DNA of 60,972 bases from an uncultured Planctomycetales bacterium (GCA_964483785.1 CAZACW010000008.1:1-60972), one strand, 5' to 3'. Numbered from the stretch's first letter, positions 19,301 to 25,724 are shown. The notes: generated from the letters alone by a model not told the origin. A program made the numbers and translations.

Positions 19301-21889
19301 CCGCGTACCCGCAGAGATATTTATTTGCCTATAAGCGCTCAAATGAGGGAATTTTTATCAGGGCAACTCAACCAAGATATGCCGGGGAGTGTTTTTTTAA
19401 CTGACCAGTCGGGACGTACTTTGCTATATCAATTTCACCCCATTGCTGCGGTGAGTCAGCCTTATATAGGAATGATTATTCATAAAAGTGGGATTCCTCT
19501 TAGAATGGCCATCAAAGATAAGACTTTTAAGCAAAGGGATTATGACCATGTTAGCCATTTAGGAGGGACCAAATTATTATCAATTCTTAATTGTCCCGTG
19601 GCGTGGGTTTTCGAGGGGGCACGCTATGTTTATATCAGGGAAATCAGAGACAGGGAAATTACCGATTATATAAATGAAGATTTTCCGACCGCATCCCCAG
19701 AAATACATAAACGGTTTTTCTTTGCTTTGGGGGTGGCTATGTCAGAGGCATATATTTTGGGCATGTCCGACCGGAGAAGGAACTTGATTGTAAGTTTGAG
19801 GCGATTGGCGGAATTTGACACCAATTCTTTGAGTGAGGCTGGAAGCAGGGCCATTTTTAATATTGACCGTGAGAATGTCTTAACACCCAAGCAGATATCA
19901 AGACCGCCAATGGAAGACATTGACGAAGCTGCTAGTATGCCTAACGGATGGAGAAGGTGGGTTCCTCCTATCGAGAGACCAATATTTGATGATAATTTGT
20001 CATATTATCTCGATGGCTTTAAACAAGGTTTTCGGTCTATCCAAGCCTATTTTAGGGTCCAACAGAATGTCATTAAAGAAAAGATCATGGGAATAGCCCA
20101 AAGCGAGGGCAGTCCTTATGGGGCCAATATTATTGAACGCCTTAAACTTTCAGACCCCAATATTGACGCATTAGCGGATAAAATTAAAGCAAAAGCAGAA
20201 GCTCTTTTTAAATTACCTGATAGTCCAGATTCTGATGATGAAGCTATGACCGTTACGGAATTATTGAGCTTAGACCCTGTTAAAGCAGATATACAATTAC
20301 ATCTCTTCAGTTCACATAATTTGTGGGCGCTTAGAAATAAATGGTTGGAAGAATATGAACAAACACAGAGTACTGACACTCTCCGTGCGTCCAGGGTCCT
20401 ATTTGCATATATTTTTAAGAGTGCATTAGGCGCCGAACAGTCCAAAAAACTATCCAAACTGGTTGATTTGTTAGAGTCAGCCAATGATCCGGAAATTGAA
20501 TTGCGGAATGGGGCTGTTAGTTTATCTGAATTGAAAGGGTGGCAAGAAGATTTAGAGCCATTATTTTCAAAACTGTATAAATACGGCGTCCGCGAGATGT
20601 CCTATACCGTGGAACTCACCGTTGATTATATTAAGAATGAAATAAATCGCAGAGAACCTTCCCATGATGAGCCACAGCTCGAACGGTTAAAACAACTTGC
20701 AATGGCAGGGCCCATAGACAGAGAAAAATTAAAGCGATATCTTGTGGCTAATGTTTCTTATAGCGAATTGGATATGTGGTCCTATTTTTTATCGCAAGGC
20801 AGGTCTGGTTTAAGGCCCCAAAAGATTGGTTTTGATGAGTACCGTCAACGGATGAGAGACGCATACGAGGTTGTTGTTCAGGCCTTAAGCCGGGTTCTTT
20901 ATAATCATTATATGGAGTTTGAACCCGTCAACGATGATGAAGGTAAAAAAAGGCTTGAGACCAAAGCCAATGAAAATTTGATCCATAAAGGATATGATTT
21001 AGTATCCAGTTCTGAGATAAAATCGGATGCGGCGATGAATGCAGAGATTACTCAACTGTTGCAGGAAATGCGTGAAGGCGCAAGGGGTGATGCAATAATG
21101 GCATTTACCAGATTGAAGCAATTGGATCCGAGATATAACAACATGATTCCCGTAGACATGTTGTTTAGGGTCATGTTAGAGGAGCAAAAAGAGAATAAAA
21201 ATGTTAATGTGGTCATGGATTTCCCTCGTGAAAATGTATTTGTCGAGAGACGCAAAACGGGCCGGGGAACGTTTGAGTCGAGTGTCATCAATGAACTTAT
21301 TATCAATGCTTTCAAATATACCCCAGAACATGGGACAATCACCGTAAAATTGCGTCAAGAAGGCGGCCGTGTCCTGTTTTCAGTTAAGGATACGGGCATT
21401 GGTATTCCAGATGCAGATAAAGAAAAGGTTTGGCGAGATTTATACCGGGCGCCAAATGCCATAGCAGTACATCGTGGAACGGGAACTGGATTATATAGCA
21501 TGCGTTTGGTCATTCAACGTGATTATGATGGGACCATCAGCTTTGAGAGCAAGGAGGGCGAAGGAACGACTTTTACTGGCAATATCGCCAAGGGAAATGT
21601 TCCGGATCCAGCGATGATTCCAAATGGCAGGGATGTAAACCGAAGATTGGTTCGGGAGAGTTTTACTCCCGCTAAAGGCGGTATCGATCTTACCTCAGAT
21701 CAAGCTCTGACTGTCCAAAATAACGGGCAGGCCATCAAATTTCATGTTGATCCCGCGCAACTCAAAGAGCTCCAAAATGCCCCTGGTTTTGTGCCGGTCA
21801 TTATAGATTTTCAACCAATGACCGACATTCGTTTTTGGCTCGGCCTTGATGATCACCAGCCCGCTGGTCATCCCATAACCAGTATTTAA
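16319..21889 (+). CDS. Giant (1856 aa) multidomain membrane protein: signal peptide, conserved N-module, TM segment(s), J-domain, long unknown region, orphan HATPase_c domain, conserved C-module
   Basis: - Signal-peptide-like N-terminus (ITSGLLIAFLANTFGIFSVAQAQ).
- Hydrophobic stretch at aa ~375-421.
- J-domain at aa ~519-582 (YYATIGVERHASPEVITGTYRRKARRVHPDV...LKEAYDVLNDPEKRKMYDQG, with HPD at 548-550).
- GHKL/HATPase_c boxes at aa ~1654-1756: N box INELIINAFKY, G1 DTGIGI, G2 GTGTGL.
- No H-box precedes the ATPase.
- The gene is AT-rich compared with its neighbours. Confidence 0.85.
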   Translation: MLKDINLKITITSGLLIAFLANTFGIFSVAQAQEFMLPKPGVMVPLSPAFNPPVLKGLKVHPNNPFRFDFILDKGDSRLGNDQLKTESTRLIKYFLASLTIPEKDLWVNLSPYEKDRIIPQSFGLTEMGRDLLAEDYMLKQITASLIYPEGETGKRFWRRVYVEAAKRFGTTNIQVNTFNKVWIVPEKAVVFENAKAKTAYVVESRLKVMLEQDYLSLEKHEGIQSIASVTKNTNQIGSQIVREIVIPELTKEVNQDKNFSQLRQVYHSLILATWYKKKIKDSILAAVYENRNKVAGVNNDDPKEKERIYERYLEAFKKGSYNYIKEEIDPLTQQSVPRKYFSGGLTMDQQAMDKAMIIKDIFRPSMLKKSPISSGMMLIGASMFIASQVNSIQYPNLAGVGGALGVVLYFVSYCMVFVVPKINPYHIMTSKQARYSSTGARELTEADFYLITYGRINFSEALKNRNFEQAGQIVRALNTLIMDNPYVGTSDLKEEINSMYGELWDAEHSDSRAGTDYNGYYATIGVERHASPEVITGTYRRKARRVHPDVPGTGSAPEFLKLKEAYDVLNDPEKRKMYDQGKWPKKEDQAQTIDAAMNVDKKAIAATEATSGKTALFEKFLEDLREQLAGSYLTMPLRDGRNLTLQLQLNSGGWFFAVDVYPFDIKNETEIRIGRGQFSALEPVFNIEPSNHFLASRKTIGKILFMVRVDAQGNPIILFEENQPSLGFRMIPLKQQELFFNWIEVVQQRIMNIAYQLGAVNFYAHTAEYIKESYPSISEVNLDLNYRRVNSVKKGWKKTELDIFNNGKKQEVWRYTGFDTAMNSLLNDALRALKAQQNDQFKTKIVAFMEQLIVEQKEHGISHWQVVEPFKDLIEYVENPSTPVAQLRFLEEISQQLRPYQADLRIAAPLGILVSSIKRYRTKEWGGMNDLNALTNLNALLDNQLLSAYQRKIVSDARAGLADGSWHPGINPLSQMLDEYRRMILLEDGLDFPPRTRRDIYLPISAQMREFLSGQLNQDMPGSVFLTDQSGRTLLYQFHPIAAVSQPYIGMIIHKSGIPLRMAIKDKTFKQRDYDHVSHLGGTKLLSILNCPVAWVFEGARYVYIREIRDREITDYINEDFPTASPEIHKRFFFALGVAMSEAYILGMSDRRRNLIVSLRRLAEFDTNSLSEAGSRAIFNIDRENVLTPKQISRPPMEDIDEAASMPNGWRRWVPPIERPIFDDNLSYYLDGFKQGFRSIQAYFRVQQNVIKEKIMGIAQSEGSPYGANIIERLKLSDPNIDALADKIKAKAEALFKLPDSPDSDDEAMTVTELLSLDPVKADIQLHLFSSHNLWALRNKWLEEYEQTQSTDTLRASRVLFAYIFKSALGAEQSKKLSKLVDLLESANDPEIELRNGAVSLSELKGWQEDLEPLFSKLYKYGVREMSYTVELTVDYIKNEINRREPSHDEPQLERLKQLAMAGPIDREKLKRYLVANVSYSELDMWSYFLSQGRSGLRPQKIGFDEYRQRMRDAYEVVVQALSRVLYNHYMEFEPVNDDEGKKRLETKANENLIHKGYDLVSSSEIKSDAAMNAEITQLLQEMREGARGDAIMAFTRLKQLDPRYNNMIPVDMLFRVMLEEQKENKNVNVVMDFPRENVFVERRKTGRGTFESSVINELIINAFKYTPEHGTITVKLRQEGGRVLFSVKDTGIGIPDADKEKVWRDLYRAPNAIAVHRGTGTGLYSMRLVIQRDYDGTISFESKEGEGTTFTGNIAKGNVPDPAMIPNGRDVNRRLVRESFTPAKGGIDLTSDQALTVQNNGQAIKFHVDPAQLKELQNAPGFVPVIIDFQPMTDIRFWLGLDDHQPAGHPITSI

Positions 21890-22187
21890 ATAACAGGGGA
21901 TGCGGCCCTGATCTTTCGGTTTGCCGGATTTTTATCTTTTAGTGAAATGCTCAGGTTCTCTCCGTAGCTTTAAATATCTCCTTTATCGACAACGTCCAAA
22001 GGATCATTAATTTCATTGTTGCCGGTTTTTTCTTATATATTTCCTTGGGGATTATTTTTTGAATTATTACCATAGTCTTATGGTTGATCACTAAGGCCTT
22101 GTTGGCTCATTAAAGGGTCGTTTTAAGGCCCTGGCTGGCCTTCCGAGGGGCCTTCCAGGGTCTAACAGCCAAATTTATGTATGTTGC

Positions 22188-22216
22188 TTGACAAATATCT
22201 CAATATGAGATATACT
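22188..22216 (+). promoter_or_regulatory. sigma70-type promoter with overlapping palindromic operator for higBA
   Basis: TTGACA (22188-22193), a 17-nt spacer, then TATACT (22211-22216). The palindrome ATATCTCA-ATA-TGAGATAT (22195-22213) covers the spacer and the -10 element. The SD AGGAGG lies upstream of the ATG at 22240. Confidence 0.7.
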
Positions 22217-22239
22217 CTCATCAGATAGAGGAGGTAAAA

Positions 22240-22530
22240 ATGCATGTTATATCAAGAAGGGCTTTACAGGTCTTTTGGGAGAAAAATCCAGACAGCGAAG
22301 GGTCTCTTAAAGCGTGGTTTAAGATCGTCAGTCTGTCGGAATATCAAGGGTTTAATGATTTGAAAAAGACCTTTGGCTCGGTAGATAAAGTAGGAAGCAA
22401 GTATGTGTTTAATATAGGTGGCAATAAATATCGGTTGGTTACAGCTATTCATTTTAATACTGGAAGAATATATGTGCGAGCTGTCTTGACACATAAGGAG
22501 TATGACAAAGAGGAGTGGAAAAATGGTTAA
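22240..22530 (+). CDS. higB: Type II toxin HigB (RelE-fold mRNA interferase)
   Basis: 96 aa. MHVISRRALQVFWEKNPDSEGSLKAWFKIV...GGNKYRLVTAIHFNTGRIYVRAVLTHKEYDK is the typical HigB-toxin family pattern. The toxin gene comes before the antitoxin gene, as in higBA loci. Confidence 0.85.
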   Translation: MHVISRRALQVFWEKNPDSEGSLKAWFKIVSLSEYQGFNDLKKTFGSVDKVGSKYVFNIGGNKYRLVTAIHFNTGRIYVRAVLTHKEYDKEEWKNG

Positions 22531-22927
22531 AATAATCAATGAACCAGTTTTGAAAAAGACCTGGCCTACAGTTGAGCAATATCTTTCCATTCATACAAAG
22601 CAAGATTATGAAAATGCCATCATTGTGCTTAATCATTTGTTAGATGAAGTGGGTGATAATAAAGATCATCCGTTGTTTGGTTTTATAGAAATTTTGGGTA
22701 TTGTTATAGAAAACTATGAAACAGAACATCATGATTGGGAAGATGCTTCAGGAGTTGATGTTCTTAAATATTTAATGGAAGAACACAATTTAAATCAAAC
22801 GGACCTTTCTGAAATAGGTTCTCAAGGTGTTGTTTCAGAAATTTTGAATGGTAAGCGGCAATTAAATGTTAATCAAATTAAAAAATTGGGTGAAAGATTC
22901 CATGTAAAACCGGCAGTTTTTTTATAA
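22523..22927 (+). CDS. higA: Antitoxin HigA, XRE-type HTH
   Basis: The ATG at 22523 overlaps the higB stop; an alternative in-frame ATG lies at 22502. The C-terminal HTH is LKYLMEEHNLNQTDLSEIGSQGVVSEILNGKRQLNVNQIKKLGERF. Confidence 0.8.
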   Translation: MVKIINEPVLKKTWPTVEQYLSIHTKQDYENAIIVLNHLLDEVGDNKDHPLFGFIEILGIVIENYETEHHDWEDASGVDVLKYLMEEHNLNQTDLSEIGSQGVVSEILNGKRQLNVNQIKKLGERFHVKPAVFL

Positions 22928-23025
22928 TTTAGGATAAATATATGCTATATTTTAGATGCCCTCAAAAAATCCGTATACACCCGCCAAATTTATTGTATAA
23001 TTCGACGTCAGTTTAAGCGATTTAC

Positions 23026-23101
23026 GCTGGCTTAGCTCAGTTGGTAGAGCAGCTGATTTGTAATCAGCAGGTCGGGGGTTCGAAGCCTCTAGCCAGCTCC
23101 A
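23026..23101 (+). tRNA. tRNA-Thr (anticodon UGU)
   Basis: 76 nt. Hand-folded cloverleaf: acceptor GCTGGCT/AGCCAGC, anticodon stem GCTGA/TCAGC, loop TTTGTAA, T-loop TTCGAAG, encoded CCA. Confidence 0.9.
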
Positions 23102-23146
23102 TATATGGATTCCCGGCAAAATCATCGGGAACGACGGGACTATTAC

Positions 23147-23227
23147 GGGCAGGTACCCAAGTGGTCAACGGGGGCAGACTGTAAATCTGCTGCGCTAGCT
23201 TCGGAGGTTCGAATCCTTCCCTGCCCA
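23147..23227 (+). tRNA. tRNA-Tyr (anticodon GUA)
   Basis: Acceptor GGGCAGG/CCTGCCC, anticodon stem GCAGA/TCTGC, loop CTGTAAA, a long variable arm, T-loop TTCGAAT, discriminator A. CCA is not encoded. Confidence 0.9.
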
Positions 23228-23372
23228 TATTATAAAGAATTACTATAGTTGCTGTGGAAGGATTCGAATGAGCCCTGCTTAGAAACCTCGACGAATAGGA
23301 GAGGTTTCTAGGGCGAGTGGCCGACCCAAAGCGAAGCGAGCCGCCAGAAGCGGCGAGGCGAGCGCAGGGCGC

Positions 23373-23407
23373 CGAATCCTTCCCTGCCCATATTAAAGAA
23401 TTACTAT
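23373..23407 (+). repeat. Direct duplicate of the tRNA-Tyr 3' end plus its downstream flank (att-like)
   Basis: CGAATCCTTCCCTGCCCATATTA-AAGAATTACTAT repeats 23210-23246 with one 2-nt indel. The duplicate contains only the 3' strand of the T-arm and the acceptor, so it is not a functional tRNA. Confidence 0.85.
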
Positions 23408-23412
23408 GCCAT

Positions 23413-23688
23413 ATTAATAAACGTGAGTTCGACATATTGAGAAAGGCATGCAAGGATACGTTTTTGATAAGACGATGCGCTTTTCCCCCCCAGGCACGCA
23501 GGATACCATCACAACCCCGGGGGTTGTGATGGTATCCATGCGTACCGTCGGGTGGCCGAGGGAGGGGCATCGCCCGTTGAGCGAGGCTTTTGCGAGCGAA
23601 ACGGGGATACCCGAGGCCAGGACCCGACGGTCTGCGAAACATATCCTTGCATGCCTATAGATAGCGTTATGTCGAACCGGCGTTAATG
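23413..23688. repeat. ~276-bp nested palindromic (MITE-like) element between tRNA-Tyr and tRNA-Gly
   Basis: - It has imperfect ~45-bp terminal inverted repeats. The left arm is ..GTTCGACATATTGAGAAAGGCATGCAAGGATA.. and the right arm is ..TATCCTTGCATGCCTATAGATAGCGTTATGTCGAAC..
- The central perfect palindrome GGATACCATCACAACCCCGGGGGTTGTGATGGTATCC (23501-23537) is a REP-family core.
- A further inverted repeat, CCGTCGGG/CCCGACGG, lies inside. Confidence 0.75.
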
Positions 23689-23711
23689 ATTATATGCACA
23701 TAGCGAGAGAC

Positions 23712-23785
23712 GCGGGAGTAGTTCAGTGGTAGAACTCCAGCCTTCCAAGCTGGTAACGACGGTTCGATTCCGTTCTCCCGCTCCA
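23712..23785 (+). tRNA. tRNA-Gly (anticodon UCC)
   Basis: 74 nt. Acceptor GCGGGAG/CTCCCGC, anticodon stem CCAGC/GCTGG, loop CTTCCAA, T-arm GACGG-TTCGATT-CCGTT, encoded CCA. Confidence 0.9.
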
Positions 23786-23845
23786 ATTGATGAAATTATA
23801 AGCAGTTCGACGGTTTCCGCCGGAGGCGGATCAGCCTTTGGCTGA

Positions 23846-23866
23846 CGATTCCGTTCTCCCGCTCCA
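23846..23866 (+). repeat. Direct duplicate of the tRNA-Gly 3' end (att-like)
   Basis: The 21-nt CGATTCCGTTCTCCCGCTCCA is identical to 23765-23785. The two copies are separated by a 60-nt insert that contains two small hairpins (CCGCCGGAGGCGG and TCAGCCTTTGGCTGA). Confidence 0.85.
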
Positions 23867-23895
23867 AAAGTAAACTATACATACCAAAGGAGATT

Positions 23896-24600
23896 ATGAA
23901 GGTAACCCTGCTGGTACCCACCCTGAATGAAGCTGTAGGTATGCGCGCTGTCATGCCCAAGGTGAAAAAGGACTGGGTGGACCAGATCCTGATCGTAGAC
24001 GGCAAGTCCACGGACGCTACCGCGGACATCGCCAAGCAAATGGGCTATGATGTGGTGATCCAGCAGTCCCCGGGCATCCGGGGCGCCTATATGGACGCCC
24101 TTCCCTATATTAAAGGCGATGTGATCCTGACCTTCAGTCCTGACGGCAATTCTATCCCTGAACTTATTCCTGATGTCATCGCCAAGATCAAGGAAGGCTA
24201 TGACATGGTCATTGTTTCGCGCTATGCCAAGGGCGCTAAAAGCTATGATGATGACGCGGTAACAGCCTTCGGTAACTGGCTTTTTACAGGCACCATCAAT
24301 CTATTGCACCGCGCCAATTACACCGATGCCATGGTCATTTACCGGGCCTATCCTAAGCGATTGATCTATGACCTGGAGCTGGACAAGGACAAAAGCTTTG
24401 CCTTTGAAGAGAATTTGTTCAAGACCAAGATCAGCTGGGAGCCGCTTTTGTCCATCCGCGCGGCCAAACGCCGCCTGCAGGTCTGCGATATTCCCGGCGA
24501 TGAGCCGGCCCGCGAAGGGGGCGAGCGCAAACTGCAGGTCTTAAAGTGGGGCGCGGCCTACATGTTCGAAATCTGGCGGGAAATCTTCATTTGGCGGTGA
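23896..24600 (+). CDS. GT2 glycosyltransferase, polyprenyl-phosphate sugar synthase (Dpm1/GtrB/ArnC-like)
   Basis: 234 aa. It starts VTLLVPTLNE and has IVDGKSTDAT and an SPDG segment typical of GT-A DXD-type enzymes. The SD AAGGAG lies upstream. Confidence 0.8.
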   Translation: MKVTLLVPTLNEAVGMRAVMPKVKKDWVDQILIVDGKSTDATADIAKQMGYDVVIQQSPGIRGAYMDALPYIKGDVILTFSPDGNSIPELIPDVIAKIKEGYDMVIVSRYAKGAKSYDDDAVTAFGNWLFTGTINLLHRANYTDAMVIYRAYPKRLIYDLELDKDKSFAFEENLFKTKISWEPLLSIRAAKRRLQVCDIPGDEPAREGGERKLQVLKWGAAYMFEIWREIFIWR

Positions 24601-24636
24601 TGGATTTGGATTCCCGCTTTCGCGGGCAGGGCAAAG

Positions 24637-25635
24637 ATGAGGATAATCAGAAAGATCAGTATCATAGGCGACGGCGGCTGGGGCACCACCCTGGCCGTCC
24701 ATTTGGCCCGCCAAAAATATCCCGTGCTGCTTTGGGGCGCTTTTGCGGAGGATATCAGCCAAACCGCCCGCCGCCGTGAAAACAAAAAATTCCTGCCCGG
24801 CGTCAAAATCCCTTCCCAGGTCAGATTGTCCGCAGACCTTCACGAAGCTGTTCAATATGGGGACCTGATTGTCCTGTCCGTGCCTTCGGAATATTTGACC
24901 AAGACCTTGATCAAACTCAAAAAAACAGCTTATCAGGGCAAGGTCTTTGTCAGCGTGGTCAAGGGTATTGAGCCTAAGACTTTTAAGCGCATGTCCGAGG
25001 TTATTCTTCAGCATCTGCCCAGGGTGCCCTTGGTGGTGCTTTCCGGTCCTACCATTGCCGGTGAGGTGGCCAGGGGCGTGCCGACTACAGCCGTAGCTGC
25101 CTGCAAGGACAAGAGCCTGGCCGCGCTTGTCCAAAAAATATTCAATTCAAACGCCTTTAGGATTTATACCAACACGGATGTAGCCGGCGTTGAATTCGGC
25201 GGCAGTGTCAAGAATGTCATTGCCCTGGCCTGCGGGATCTGCGACGGATTAAAGCTTGGCACCAATGCCAAGGCCGCCATTCTGACACGCGGCCTGGCGG
25301 AAATTTCCCGTTTAGGCATGGCCTTGGGCGCCAAACAAGAGACCTTTTACGGATTGGCCGGTTTAGGGGACTTAGTCACAACCTGCTTCAGCCCCAACAG
25401 CCGCAACCGCAGTGTGGGTGAGGCCCTGGGCCGCGGAAGGAAGATCAAGGAGATCCTGGGCTCCATGCATGCCGTCGCTGAAGGGGTGCTGACAGCCAAG
25501 GCCGTATATGCCCTGGCCCGTAAAAAGAGGATCGCTGCACCCATTGTGGATGAGGTTTACAAGATCATTTTCACCCGCAAGCCTGCGGCCAAGGCCATGC
25601 GCGATTTGATGGGCCGCTCCCTAAAATCCGAATAA
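24637..25635 (+). CDS. gpsA: NAD(P)H-dependent glycerol-3-phosphate dehydrogenase
   Basis: 332 aa. It has the N-terminal Rossmann motif ISIIGDGGWGTTLA and the conserved GSVKNVIALACGI and GLGDLVTTC segments. Confidence 0.9.
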   Translation: MRIIRKISIIGDGGWGTTLAVHLARQKYPVLLWGAFAEDISQTARRRENKKFLPGVKIPSQVRLSADLHEAVQYGDLIVLSVPSEYLTKTLIKLKKTAYQGKVFVSVVKGIEPKTFKRMSEVILQHLPRVPLVVLSGPTIAGEVARGVPTTAVAACKDKSLAALVQKIFNSNAFRIYTNTDVAGVEFGGSVKNVIALACGICDGLKLGTNAKAAILTRGLAEISRLGMALGAKQETFYGLAGLGDLVTTCFSPNSRNRSVGEALGRGRKIKEILGSMHAVAEGVLTAKAVYALARKKRIAAPIVDEVYKIIFTRKPAAKAMRDLMGRSLKSE

Positions 25636-25651
25636 ATGGGCCTTTTTTGGA

Positions 25652-25680
25652 TTGACAAAGAAAAGTTTATCAAGTAGACT
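25652..25680 (+). promoter_or_regulatory. sigma70-type promoter for the small ORF / rsfS-argS-recJ unit
   Basis: TTGACA (25652-25657), an exact 17-nt spacer, then TAGACT (25675-25680). It lies ~45 nt upstream of a strong SD (AAGGAGG) and the ATG at 25725. Confidence 0.6.
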
Positions 25681-25724
25681 CTCAATTAATCAAACAACCT
25701 TCAACGTTTTTTAAGGAGGACTGG

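Noticed and set aside
19739-19792. A PI3/PI4-kinase-like catalytic-loop resemblance in the giant protein (FALGVAMSEAYILGMSDRRRNLIV, versus ..YILGIGDRHxxN..).
   Set aside because: The His of DRH is Arg, the Asn spacing is off by one, and I cannot find a convincing DFG or P-loop equivalent. A profile or structure search is needed before making any kinase claim.
20900-21270. A search for a HisKA/H-box upstream of the HATPase_c domain, which would make the giant protein a classical histidine kinase.
   Set aside because: The ~120 aa preceding the N box contain no H-E-[LIV]-[RK]-x-P-like phospho-acceptor motif. I therefore call the ATPase an orphan GHKL domain rather than a sensor kinase.
22129-22160. 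A GC-rich hairpin (CCCTGG-CT-GGCC...GGCC-TT-CCAGGG) in the AT-rich spacer upstream of higBA.
   Set aside because: It has no U-tract on either strand and no second copy in the window, and I could assign no function. It is possibly a decayed repeat, which is too weak to report as a feature.
21890-22187. Possible small ORFs or a pseudogene in the 350-bp spacer after the giant gene.
   Set aside because: Only ORFs of 40 aa or fewer, without SD or recognisable motifs, could be read on either strand.
23228-23372. The insert behind tRNA-Tyr considered as a tmRNA, a permuted tRNA or an extra tRNA gene.
   Set aside because: Only the 3' strand of the T-arm and acceptor is duplicated. No complementary 5' acceptor or T-stem strand, D-arm or anticodon arm can be folded on either strand.
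23064-23642. A 192-aa minus-strand ORF spanning the tRNA region.
   Set aside because: It runs antisense across tRNA-Thr and tRNA-Tyr and through the palindromic repeat element. It has no SD, and its sequence is dictated by the tRNA and repeat structure.
15941-23900. A search for an integrase, transposase or phage genes that would define the AT-rich block as a mobile island.
   Set aside because: None of the six-frame ORFs in or around the block has recombinase, transposase or phage signatures. The only tyrosine recombinase in the window (974-1831) is a housekeeping Xer-type gene 14 kb away.
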